Positions 1 through 8,930 of a DNA stretch of 64,000 bases are shown here, in pieces. The first letter of the stretch is position 1. Each line of letters begins with the position of its first letter. The translations under genes were made by a program, and so were the position numbers. This stretch comes from Spirochaetota bacterium (lineage in GTDB: Bacteria > Spirochaetota > UBA4802 > JAFGDQ01). Below the pieces are notes generated by a model. That model was not told the origin of the DNA. It worked only from the letters and a program-made list of their open reading frames with translations, and ran no database searches. The DNA lies in the NCBI GenBank assembly GCA_043803405.1, contig JAZDKB010000006.1:32001-96000 (forward strand), read 5' to 3'.

Positions 1-1
1 T

Positions 2-1156
2 ACAATAAAAGGCAGCATACCGGATGAATCATTTACCATACACAGGCTGCTCGGCGCAATACATGGCAGTCCGTATTTTCGTCATAACGCGCAAAATCAA
101 TTAGCTTATGATGTCGTAGTTGTGGACGAGTCTTCAATGGCAGACATTGCGCTTACCGCCAAGTTATTCGAAGCTGTGCCTGTCGCTTCCAGGCTTATCC
201 TGCTTGGAGACAGGGACCAGCTCTCCTCTGTGGAAGCAGGCGCTGTCCTTGGCGACATTTGCGATACCGGGAATACTCAAGGGTACTCGAAAAAGTTTGC
301 AGACAGGCTGAAACTGATCATATCTGCGGACATTTCCGGTAAGATCAGTATATCAAAGCGCGATGAGCCGCCGATCGCGGACTCTGTGTTGACGCTTTCA
401 AAAAGCTATAGATTTACTCAGAAAAGCGGAATCGGGCAGTTAAGCTCCGCAATCAGGCACGGAGAGGCGGATAGAGCAGTTGAATTATTGCAGAGCAAAA
501 GTTTCGATGATGCTGTATTGATCGGGAATAAACCCGGCATATCCCTGGCTTCTTCTTTATCGGCAATGCTTATTGATGGTTTCGGTTCATATATAAACAC
601 AAAAACACCTGATGAAGCGCTGAGGCTTTTCCCGGAATTTACAATACTCTGTGCACTGCGCAAAGGGGACTTCGGAGTGGGGCAGGTGAATATGCTTGCT
701 GAAGAAGTTCTCACAAGGCAGGGGTTAATTTCAACAGGCACACGATGGTACAATAAGCGCCCTGTAATGATAACACAGAATGATTACAGCATAAGATTGT
801 TTAACGGCGATACCGGGATAATGTTCACGGATGCGGAAGACGGCATTATGCGTTTTTCTACTCAGTCTGCAGACGGCAGCATCAGAAAAATACTGCCGCT
901 GAAACTTCCGGAGCACGAAACAGCATTCGCGATTACAGTGCACAAAAGCCAGGGTTCCGAGTTCGATAATGTGCTCCTTATCCTGCCAAATTACGCGGGC
1001 CCTGTGCTTACCCGTGAGCTGTTATACACAGCAGTTACAAGAGCGCGGAAAAAAATTCAGATATACGGCAACCCTGATACATTGCGTTACATGATAAACA
1101 ATCCTGCAGCGAGAATTTCTGGTTTAAGAGATGCGCTCTGGAAAAATACGAGATAA
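2..1156 (+). CDS. recD: Exodeoxyribonuclease V alpha subunit (RecD), 5'-truncated by the window edge
   Basis: The frame is open from base 2 (…FTIHRLLG…YDVVVVDESSM). SF1B helicase motifs LLGDRDQL, SYRF, FAITVHKSQGSEF and LLYTAVTRA are present. Confidence 0.92.
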   Translation, partial: TIKGSIPDESFTIHRLLGAIHGSPYFRHNAQNQLAYDVVVVDESSMADIALTAKLFEAVPVASRLILLGDRDQLSSVEAGAVLGDICDTGNTQGYSKKFADRLKLIISADISGKISISKRDEPPIADSVLTLSKSYRFTQKSGIGQLSSAIRHGEADRAVELLQSKSFDDAVLIGNKPGISLASSLSAMLIDGFGSYINTKTPDEALRLFPEFTILCALRKGDFGVGQVNMLAEEVLTRQGLISTGTRWYNKRPVMITQNDYSIRLFNGDTGIMFTDAEDGIMRFSTQSADGSIRKILPLKLPEHETAFAITVHKSQGSEFDNVLLILPNYAGPVLTRELLYTAVTRARKKIQIYGNPDTLRYMINNPAARISGLRDALWKNTR

Positions 1157-1167
1157 ATATGCCGGAT

Positions 1168-1707
1168 TTAGTTTTTGCGTTTTTTATTGAGTGTTTTCTT
1201 TATCGTTCTCAGATGATGCTCTGAAGTCAGCATGTAGTCAATGAATGTATTATGATTTATTTTATTTTGTATATTAACGATCTTTTCGACTATATTATAT
1301 TTCCGCCTTAAATGCTGTATAGTGGCTATGCTGCAAGAAAAACATTTTGCCAGTTCCCAGTCTTTGTAAACGTATTTACCGGAATCTTTTCTTATGTTCA
1401 TGTTTACAAAAAGTTCCATCCGGTAATGATTCCATGTTTTTTTTATGCCTGTTTTGTAATCATGTTTTTTTAAACGGATAATAGTCCTTTCAAGCGTACC
1501 CGTGATCTTTTTTTTTCTCCAGTACAAATGATGTACCCTTGCGTATCTTAAATCACTGCTTTCATATCCTGTCTTTTCAAGCCAGAGCCTGCTGATATAC
1601 GCTTTGCGCCCGGGGGAGATTTTAATTTTAATTGCCCTGTCTACATATTCTTCACAGGTTTTTAAGTTAAGCAATTTTTTTTCATCCTTAGTAAAATCGT
1701 GGGACAT
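1168..1707 (-). CDS. Basic hypothetical protein, possible helix-turn-helix DNA-binding protein
   Basis: 179-aa ORF with an AGGAG RBS. Very K/R rich, with an HTH-like segment DWELAKCFSCSIATIQHLRRKY. Confidence 0.6.
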   Translation of the reverse strand: MSHDFTKDEKKLLNLKTCEEYVDRAIKIKISPGRKAYISRLWLEKTGYESSDLRYARVHHLYWRKKKITGTLERTIIRLKKHDYKTGIKKTWNHYRMELFVNMNIRKDSGKYVYKDWELAKCFSCSIATIQHLRRKYNIVEKIVNIQNKINHNTFIDYMLTSEHHLRTIKKTLNKKRKN

Positions 1708-1852
1708 GCGAACTCCTTATTGTAACACAAGAAACCAACGTATAGAATAATGAATATTTATAAGTAGGCATTCTCCATCTCGATGATAAAATTCGCGGGG
1801 AGCATATCCCGTTTGAATAACACGCGTAGCATTTAACCTATAAAAATATACG

Positions 1853-3604
1853 CTATGCTATTCTTTCCACTTTAGAAACCAGATCTTTCTTTAATAATTC
1901 TATTTTCTCTTTTAGCTTTAATTTAATATTTTCAATATTAGCCTTATCTGCTTTTTCATTTACACTGAAATAAAATTTAATCTTCGGTTCAGTCCCCGAC
2001 GGTCTGATAGTTATCTTTGAGCCGTCTTTCAGGAAAAACTGGAGAACGTTGGACTTTGGGAGATTTATTGATCTCTCTTTCCCTGAGGACAAATCTTTCT
2101 GAACCAGAGATTCAATATCGGATATTTTTTCAATATTAACTCCGCTGAATTCTTCAGGCGGATTTTTTCTGAACCCGTCCATTATCCTGCCGATTTTTTC
2201 CATGCCGTCCATTCCTTTTAAAGTGAGAGAATGAAGGTCCTCAAGATAAAGCTTATAGTTTAAATATATTTCATTTAAAAAGTCATATAATGTTTTGCCG
2301 CGCCTTGCCAGCCAGTCAGCCATTTCGGCAAAGAAATAGCAGGCGCTCACCGCGTCCTTGTCCCGGACAAAGTTTACAGGCAGGTAACCGAAGCTCTCTT
2401 CTCCGCCGAATATGAACGACCGCTTTCCAGATTCATCGTATTCCTTCATTTTTTTCGCTATCCATTTGAAACCGGTCAGCACGTTTTCTGCCTTGCAGCC
2501 GAAGCTGTCCGCAATCTCTTCCTGCAGATCGGTTGTCACGATTGTTTTTATTATTGCGCCGTTTGCAGGCAGCTTTTTCGCTTCTTTTAATCTTGTTAAA
2601 ATATAATATTCGAGCATAACGCCCATTTGATTACCGTTGATTAGAACATATTTGCCGTCACTATTTTTAAAGCCGACTCCTATCCTGTCAGCATCAGGGT
2701 CTGTTGCTATAATAACATCTGCCGCTGTTTTTTCAGCTAAATTAATAGCCAGAGTAAGTGCTTCTTTTTCTTCCGGATTAGGATATTTGACAGTCGGAAA
2801 ATTCCCGTCCGGTATTGCCTGCTCGCTGACCAGAGAAATATTTTTAAATCCGAAATATTTTAATGTTTCCGGTATAATTTTATAACCCGTGCCGTGGAGG
2901 GGCGTGTAGACAATTTTCACAGAAGATTCCTGTCTGCTTCTTAGAGCCGCACCTTCCAGCTTTTTAATATACGAACCAATAAAATCATCTTTTATTATTT
3001 TTATTTTTCCGTCTTTTACTGCTGAATCAAAATTTATTTTTTTTATTTTTGATATTGAATCGATCTTTTTTACATGTTCAATAATTTCATTGTCCTGCGG
3101 AGGTATTACCTGCCCGCCGTCGTCCCAGTATACTTTATAGCCGTTATACTCCGGAGGATTGTGGCTTGCGGTAATTACAATGCCGGAAACTGTGCCGAAT
3201 TCCCTGATTGCAAATGAGCATAAAGGCGTGGGCGTTATGTCGGAAAAATAATATACTTTGATGCCGTTACCTGCAAGGATAGCCGCAGCTTCCATCGAAA
3301 AAACGTCCGACATCCTGCGGGAGTCGCGCGCAATCACTACGCCCATTGCAGATTTATTTTTGCTTTTAATGTAATCCGCCAGACCTTGCGTTGCCATCCC
3401 CACAGTGTATATGTTCATCCTGTTCGTGCCTGCTCCTATAACGCCGCGAAGCCCGCCTGTTCCGAACTCCAGATTCGTGTAGAACCTGTCCGTTAATTCT
3501 TTCTCGTTATTATTTTTTATTAGTTCTTTAATCTCGTTAATAGTATTTGCATCGAACGGAGGATTTGTCCATTCTTCTATTCTGTTTTGAATTTCTTTGT
3601 TCAT
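1853..3604 (-). CDS. pgm: Phosphoglucomutase/phosphomannomutase (alpha-D-phosphohexomutase)
   Basis: Motifs FGTGGLRG, TASHNP (catalytic Ser), DPDADR (metal loop), GEES and RPSGTEPK. Confidence 0.92.
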   Translation of the reverse strand: MNKEIQNRIEEWTNPPFDANTINEIKELIKNNNEKELTDRFYTNLEFGTGGLRGVIGAGTNRMNIYTVGMATQGLADYIKSKNKSAMGVVIARDSRRMSDVFSMEAAAILAGNGIKVYYFSDITPTPLCSFAIREFGTVSGIVITASHNPPEYNGYKVYWDDGGQVIPPQDNEIIEHVKKIDSISKIKKINFDSAVKDGKIKIIKDDFIGSYIKKLEGAALRSRQESSVKIVYTPLHGTGYKIIPETLKYFGFKNISLVSEQAIPDGNFPTVKYPNPEEKEALTLAINLAEKTAADVIIATDPDADRIGVGFKNSDGKYVLINGNQMGVMLEYYILTRLKEAKKLPANGAIIKTIVTTDLQEEIADSFGCKAENVLTGFKWIAKKMKEYDESGKRSFIFGGEESFGYLPVNFVRDKDAVSACYFFAEMADWLARRGKTLYDFLNEIYLNYKLYLEDLHSLTLKGMDGMEKIGRIMDGFRKNPPEEFSGVNIEKISDIESLVQKDLSSGKERSINLPKSNVLQFFLKDGSKITIRPSGTEPKIKFYFSVNEKADKANIENIKLKLKEKIELLKKDLVSKVERIA

Positions 3605-3745
3605 TTGTATTAACCTCGAACATTATCGAATTTTCATCATATTATAAAAAATAATTATTTCAACAAAAAATTGTTGGTTAAATATATGAAGAGCATATTA
3701 TATGTCGAATATTTTATAACAAAAAATAAAAAGGAATGTAACCCG

Positions 3746-4510
3746 ATGGCAGGCAACAACGCAGCAGACTATGAGTTTATCGTGGACAGCCACACGCACT
3801 GGGGTTATTCGCTTTCCATGGGCACGAACGTAAGCACGAACGAACTGCTGACACAGCAGAAGGAGGCAGGCATCACTCATATAGTAATAATGCCCTTCCC
3901 GTCAACAGCTATTGATGATAACGAAATCAATATTGATATACTTAATGAAGCAAATAAAATATCGCAGTTCATCCCTTATCATTATATAAGGGAAGATTAT
4001 GATAGAGCAGATTTTGATCCGATCCCTTCGGCATACTATGGAGGCAAGTGGCACTGGATGAGGGGGATACAGGACTCGAGTTCCAGTTATAAAGTCCTTG
4101 ATGACAGCGCACTTTTGCTGCTTATTGAGAAGCTGAAAAAAACCGGCAAGCCGGTCATCTTTGAAGAAGAACTTTTGTTCACAGAACGCTTTGCCGAAAT
4201 GGCGGACGGGCTTAAGCTCATAATTCCTCATCTTGGGCTGCTCGGCGGGGATCCGTACGATTTTTTAAACAGCTTTAAAAATAATAAAAATATTTTTTTT
4301 GATACTGCCCTTGGCGACAGGTCGGGCATTCTGAAGTTTGTTGAGACTATTGGCGCTGGAAGGGTTCTTTTCGGTTCAGATGTGCCTTTCGGTTCAATAA
4401 AATCCGAGCTTTCAAAGATTCTATCCATGCCGATACAAAAAGACGAGAAAGAACTTCTTTTGTGCAAAAATTTTCTTAAACTGACGGATTATAAATTAAT
4501 CACTTTTTAA
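3746..4510 (+). CDS. Amidohydrolase-family TIM-barrel metallohydrolase
   Basis: Motifs DSHTH, PHLG, FDT and LFGSDVPF. Start moved to the ATG at 3746, which follows AAGGA. Confidence 0.8.
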   Translation: MAGNNAADYEFIVDSHTHWGYSLSMGTNVSTNELLTQQKEAGITHIVIMPFPSTAIDDNEINIDILNEANKISQFIPYHYIREDYDRADFDPIPSAYYGGKWHWMRGIQDSSSSYKVLDDSALLLLIEKLKKTGKPVIFEEELLFTERFAEMADGLKLIIPHLGLLGGDPYDFLNSFKNNKNIFFDTALGDRSGILKFVETIGAGRVLFGSDVPFGSIKSELSKILSMPIQKDEKELLLCKNFLKLTDYKLITF

Positions 4511-4721
4511 TTTTTTTTAATACTGTTTATATGCATTAAAACTGTTTTTTCGGACAAATATTTTAAAATAAAGATAAAAGTCGCTTAAATAGTAAAAAAT
4601 AATCACAATTATTTCAAAATGCGAATGCCGTATTTCAATTTTTTATTGCATTTTTATACGCTCATTAATAATCCTGCTTTGTAATATTTAATAAAATTTA
4701 ATTCGTAATTAAAGTTGAAAA

Positions 4722-7433
4722 ATGTTTAAAAAATATAAAGGATTCAGTTCAAAAAAGAAAACTCAGGACACGAATGAAGGCGCGCAGAAACCCTTAATAG
4801 AACCTATTGATAAGCCCATAGAGTCAGATCCAATTATTAAAAATAATCTTAAATGGCCGTCCTTTAAATCGGAAACTGAATCGAACGGTGAGCAAAACAA
4901 ATCTACTAAGATTTTTACTGTAAAAAAAAGTTTTTCTTTCCCCGACATCACAAAAAGCTCTTTTGATTTTTCATCTTTTTTAAAAAAGATTCCGCAGTTT
5001 TTTAAAGAAAAAGTACATTCCCACAGACCTGTTTTGCTGGGAGTATTAATCGGATTGGTTCTGGCTGTCTTTTTTATTTTTATAACGGCAATTATCACCG
5101 ACTTTCGAAAGGTGAGGGCGCTCGCGGATTTTCAGCCGAATATCACAACGAATATTTACGATAAGAACGGGCTTCTTGTATCCGAATTGTTTAAACAGAA
5201 AAGAGAAATAGTGGCTCTTTCCAAAATACCGCCGCATCTAATAAATGCCTTTATTGCAATTGAAGACAACGAGTTTTACGATCATTTCGGCATTAACGTA
5301 AAAGGAATCGCAAGGGCATTTTTTGTGAATTTATTTTCCGGTAAGATTAAACAGGGCGGCAGCACTATAACTCAGCAGCTCGCAAAAATACTGCTGACAA
5401 CAAGAGAGCGGAATATTTTCAGGAAAATAAAAGAAGCAGCCATATCCATAATGATCGAAATCATTTACACAAAGAAAGAAATCCTGGGTCTGTACCTTAA
5501 CCAGATCTTTCTGGGACATGGAGTTTACGGCGTAGAGAGCGCTGCCAAGTTCTATTTTAATAAGGATGTGTGGGACCTTGACCTCGCAGAATCGGCTCTG
5601 CTGGCAACGCTGCCTTCGGCGCCGAACAAGCTTTCGCCGATACGGCACACAGAAAGATCAATAGAAAGACACAGAGTCGTGCTCGCGAAAATGGTTGATT
5701 GCGGGTTTACAACAATTCCTGAAGCTGAAAAATCATATCTTGCATTCTGGCCCGAGTATCTTGAATATATCAATGAACTCCCGCCATCTATAACATCATG
5801 GTCGAGTAAGGTAGATAAAGCCCCATGGTTTACCGAATACTTAAGAAGAAAACTTGTAAAACAGTTCGGAGAAGAAGCTGTTTATAGAGACGGACTTGCC
5901 GTATACACTACACTGGATCTGAAAAAGCAGCTGGCAGCTGAGAAATATATGAAGGAAGCGCTCGGAAAACAGGCTACGGTTTCGAGCGGGCTGTCCTTTA
6001 AGAACGAAGATTATATTATAGAGAATTTTTCAGAGATGACGGAGCTTTTCGCGCTGTTGCACGATGTTAATCCGTATTACAAAAAAGGCTCTCTTGAAGT
6101 AAAGCAGGTAAACGATTATTTCCGCACAGAAGTTCTTGATGAACTGGATTCTTTAGGATTTCTTTTCGGGAATAATTATGTTGCAGACACGGTGACATCC
6201 TACAGGGAGAAACAAACAGGGTATAAAAAATCCGAAAAGGTTCAGGGATGTTTAATTTCAATCGATCAGCGGAACGGATACATAGAAGCAATGATTGGCG
6301 GTGCCGAGTTTTCCAGCATCAATCAATTGAACAGAGTTATGCAGTCAAAGCGTCAGGCCGGCTCATCGATTAAAGGTCTTTTATATGCTGCCGCAATAGA
6401 ATCGAAAAAATTTACACCTGCGACTGCTATTCTCGATTCCCCGTATATTTCCCTTGATAAAGAAGGTACGGACTGGATTCCGGATAATTATGATGAAAGA
6501 TATTACGGGCTTGTCCGCTTGCGCCGCGCTCTGGAACTGTCGATTAATGTCATTTCCATCAGGATCGCGGAAGAGTTGGGATGGGATACGGTTTTTGAAT
6601 ATTATACAAAGCTGTTAAAGTTCGATAAAAAAGAAGCAAAGGAGCGTATCCCAAGGGACCTTACCGTTGCAATAGGAACTCTTGATGTTTCACCTTTTGA
6701 ACTCGCAAGGGCTTATGCAATAATTGCAAACGGCGGCAGGGATGTTATACCTTACAGTATAAGATACATTAAAAACAGGAACGGCGAAATAATAGATAAC
6801 ACAGAAGAAGAAACGCAGGCTAATTTAAAGAAGGAGGCCGAGGCAGGCGCCCTTCAGATAATAAAACCTCAGACTGCTCAGATTATGATAAGCATGCTGC
6901 GATCCGTTATGACCTCGGGGACGGGATTATCCGCTGCAATGGGTAGACCGGCTGGCGGGAAAACAGGGACAACAAGCAACTGGAGAGATGCATGGTTTGT
7001 CGGTTTTACTCCGCAGCTGACAACATGTATCTGGGCAGGCTACGATAATCCTGGCCTGTCGCTAGGGCACGGGCAGACCGGCGGCGGTGTAGTTGCCCCG
7101 ATCTGGCGCGAATATATGAAGGATGCTCTTGAAAATGAGCCGTATCTGGAGTTTCCGTATTATGGCGCTGTAATTGCTCAGAAGGTATGCGCGATGTCCG
7201 GCAAGCTTCCTTCTCCGTATTGCAAACAGACAATAGATGAAATTTTTATGGAAGATACGTTGCCCGAAGAAGAATGTACTTTCTGTAAAGATTTAAAATT
7301 TAACATCAATCCGTTTAAAACCGCTCCGAAAGAAAACATCGCAGGGAGTCAGCACGACTCTATAATTGAAAATATTCAGGAGAAGAGCGGGTCATCTGCG
7401 CTGGATAAAGTCGGAAAAGATTTACTGGACTAA
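4722..7433 (+). CDS. Class A penicillin-binding protein 1A (transglycosylase/transpeptidase)
   Basis: A TM anchor, glycosyltransferase motifs EDNEFYDHFG and GGSTITQQL, and transpeptidase motifs SSIK, SIN and KTG. Confidence 0.93.
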   Translation: MFKKYKGFSSKKKTQDTNEGAQKPLIEPIDKPIESDPIIKNNLKWPSFKSETESNGEQNKSTKIFTVKKSFSFPDITKSSFDFSSFLKKIPQFFKEKVHSHRPVLLGVLIGLVLAVFFIFITAIITDFRKVRALADFQPNITTNIYDKNGLLVSELFKQKREIVALSKIPPHLINAFIAIEDNEFYDHFGINVKGIARAFFVNLFSGKIKQGGSTITQQLAKILLTTRERNIFRKIKEAAISIMIEIIYTKKEILGLYLNQIFLGHGVYGVESAAKFYFNKDVWDLDLAESALLATLPSAPNKLSPIRHTERSIERHRVVLAKMVDCGFTTIPEAEKSYLAFWPEYLEYINELPPSITSWSSKVDKAPWFTEYLRRKLVKQFGEEAVYRDGLAVYTTLDLKKQLAAEKYMKEALGKQATVSSGLSFKNEDYIIENFSEMTELFALLHDVNPYYKKGSLEVKQVNDYFRTEVLDELDSLGFLFGNNYVADTVTSYREKQTGYKKSEKVQGCLISIDQRNGYIEAMIGGAEFSSINQLNRVMQSKRQAGSSIKGLLYAAAIESKKFTPATAILDSPYISLDKEGTDWIPDNYDERYYGLVRLRRALELSINVISIRIAEELGWDTVFEYYTKLLKFDKKEAKERIPRDLTVAIGTLDVSPFELARAYAIIANGGRDVIPYSIRYIKNRNGEIIDNTEEETQANLKKEAEAGALQIIKPQTAQIMISMLRSVMTSGTGLSAAMGRPAGGKTGTTSNWRDAWFVGFTPQLTTCIWAGYDNPGLSLGHGQTGGGVVAPIWREYMKDALENEPYLEFPYYGAVIAQKVCAMSGKLPSPYCKQTIDEIFMEDTLPEEECTFCKDLKFNINPFKTAPKENIAGSQHDSIIENIQEKSGSSALDKVGKDLLD

Positions 7434-8171
7434 ATATTCTTCGAATTCTTTTCTGATGCGCAGCTCTTCATCAATAGGCATCGGATTTGATGACAGATTA
7501 TGATTGGGCGTTCTTTCCAGTTTTATCAATTTGTCGATATATGACGGATTATATGTTAATAGTTCGTAGCCGTTCAGTTTGTTTTTCTTCATAAGCCGGG
7601 TTATGCCAAGAAGATTTTCTTTAGCAGTAATAAATGGAGGAATAAGCGGCACTCTTATAACTATTTTTAAGGAAGATGTGCTTGCCCTGCCAAGATTTTC
7701 GATTATTATAGCGTTGTCCACTCCAGTCAGTACATAGTGTAATTTGGGATCAATTATTTTTAAATCAAAAAGAAGCAGGTCTGTATATTTGATTAACTCT
7801 TTCCCGAAGTCGTTGTAATTAAAGTAACCGCTTGTATCATAAGCTATCGAAATATTTTTTTCTTTCAGTCTTTTCGCGATCTCGCATAAATAAGTTATGT
7901 GCATCAAAGGTTCGCCGCCGGAAAAAGTAACGCCGCCTCCTGACTCATTATAGAAATGATTATCCAGTATGATTATTTCATATAATTCATCGACCGTATA
8001 AGCTCGTACTGTTCCGGATAACTCTCTATAACAGGCTTGCGATTCGGGATTGTGGCACCACGCGCATGTAAGAGGGCACCCCTGCATAAAAACAACAGTG
8101 CGTATTCCGGGCCCGTCGCAGAAAGAACCGCGTACAATATCGAATATTATCGGTGGCTGTTCTGTTTTCAA
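7422..8171 (-). CDS. Glycyl-radical enzyme activating protein (radical SAM), without a ferredoxin insert
   Basis: DGPGIRTVVFMQGCPLTCAWCHNPESQ (CxxxCxxC), GGVTFSGGEP and FDLK. Lies downstream of a GRE gene on the same strand. Confidence 0.9.
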   Translation of the reverse strand: MKTEQPPIIFDIVRGSFCDGPGIRTVVFMQGCPLTCAWCHNPESQACYRELSGTVRAYTVDELYEIIILDNHFYNESGGGVTFSGGEPLMHITYLCEIAKRLKEKNISIAYDTSGYFNYNDFGKELIKYTDLLLFDLKIIDPKLHYVLTGVDNAIIIENLGRASTSSLKIVIRVPLIPPFITAKENLLGITRLMKKNKLNGYELLTYNPSYIDKLIKLERTPNHNLSSNPMPIDEELRIRKEFEEYLVQ

Positions 8172-8219
8172 TTAACTACAACTTTTATCAAAATTATAAA
8201 TTTATACAAACTATTCACA

Positions 8220-8347
8220 ACAGATCGAAATACATTACAAAATTTACTCCGGAATCAGGCCTTCCTGGTCTGTCTTTCATATTTTCGAAGGTATTGCATC
8301 AGGCCTGAAAGGCGTCCTCATAAATTTTGTAATGTATTTCGATCTGT
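8220..8347. mobile_element. MITE-like element with a perfect 27-bp terminal inverted repeat
   Basis: acagatcgaaatacattacaaaattta (8220-8246) is the exact reverse complement of 8321-8347, around a 74-bp non-coding core. Confidence 0.65.
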
Positions 8348-8385
8348 AAAATAATAAAATCTAATTTTGAAATGACTTCTAATTA

Positions 8386-8850
8386 TTAAAGAAATCTTAG
8401 CTGAAGATGCTTTGCAATATAACCGAATTTGAATATGTAATTCAGGTTCCCGCTGACATTTACGTTGTTCTCAAGAATAGCGTTCAGCACATCGGGATTG
8501 CCCGAGAAAAGAAAATCCCTGAGCGATTTTGCGTCTTTAAAAATGACTTCTATGTTTTTATCCGGTATTTTTTTTTCGGATAAATGCATAGTGCTGTTTT
8601 TAAAAATTACTCCTGTGTAAACATCTTTTGTCTTGTCTCTGAATACATATTTCGCATCGAAGTTTTCAATATTGCGTCTGAATTTCCTGTCAAAAAGAAA
8701 GACAAGCGACATTGCGCTGAGAAGGATTGAAAGGAAAAGATCGGTTGCATCTTCTTCCATATTCCTTTTTAAACGCCGGATTTCAGTTATTAGCTTAAAT
8801 CCTTTAACCGGATGAATTAAATAATTAAATATTTTTAATAATGTATTCAT
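8386..8850 (-). CDS. SCP2 (sterol carrier protein 2)-like lipid-binding domain protein
   Basis: The C-terminal pattern IEVIFKDAKSLRDFL…DVLNAILENNVNVSGNLNYIFKF resembles the SCP2 fold signature. A GAGGTG RBS precedes the ATG at 8850. Confidence 0.6.
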   Translation of the reverse strand: MNTLLKIFNYLIHPVKGFKLITEIRRLKRNMEEDATDLFLSILLSAMSLVFLFDRKFRRNIENFDAKYVFRDKTKDVYTGVIFKNSTMHLSEKKIPDKNIEVIFKDAKSLRDFLFSGNPDVLNAILENNVNVSGNLNYIFKFGYIAKHLQLRFL

Positions 8851-8930
8851 TGAACTCACCTCGCACTTTATATTAAACACGGCTGTGTCTGCCGGTTATT
8901 TCCTGAGATGATATATTAAAAATATTCTGT

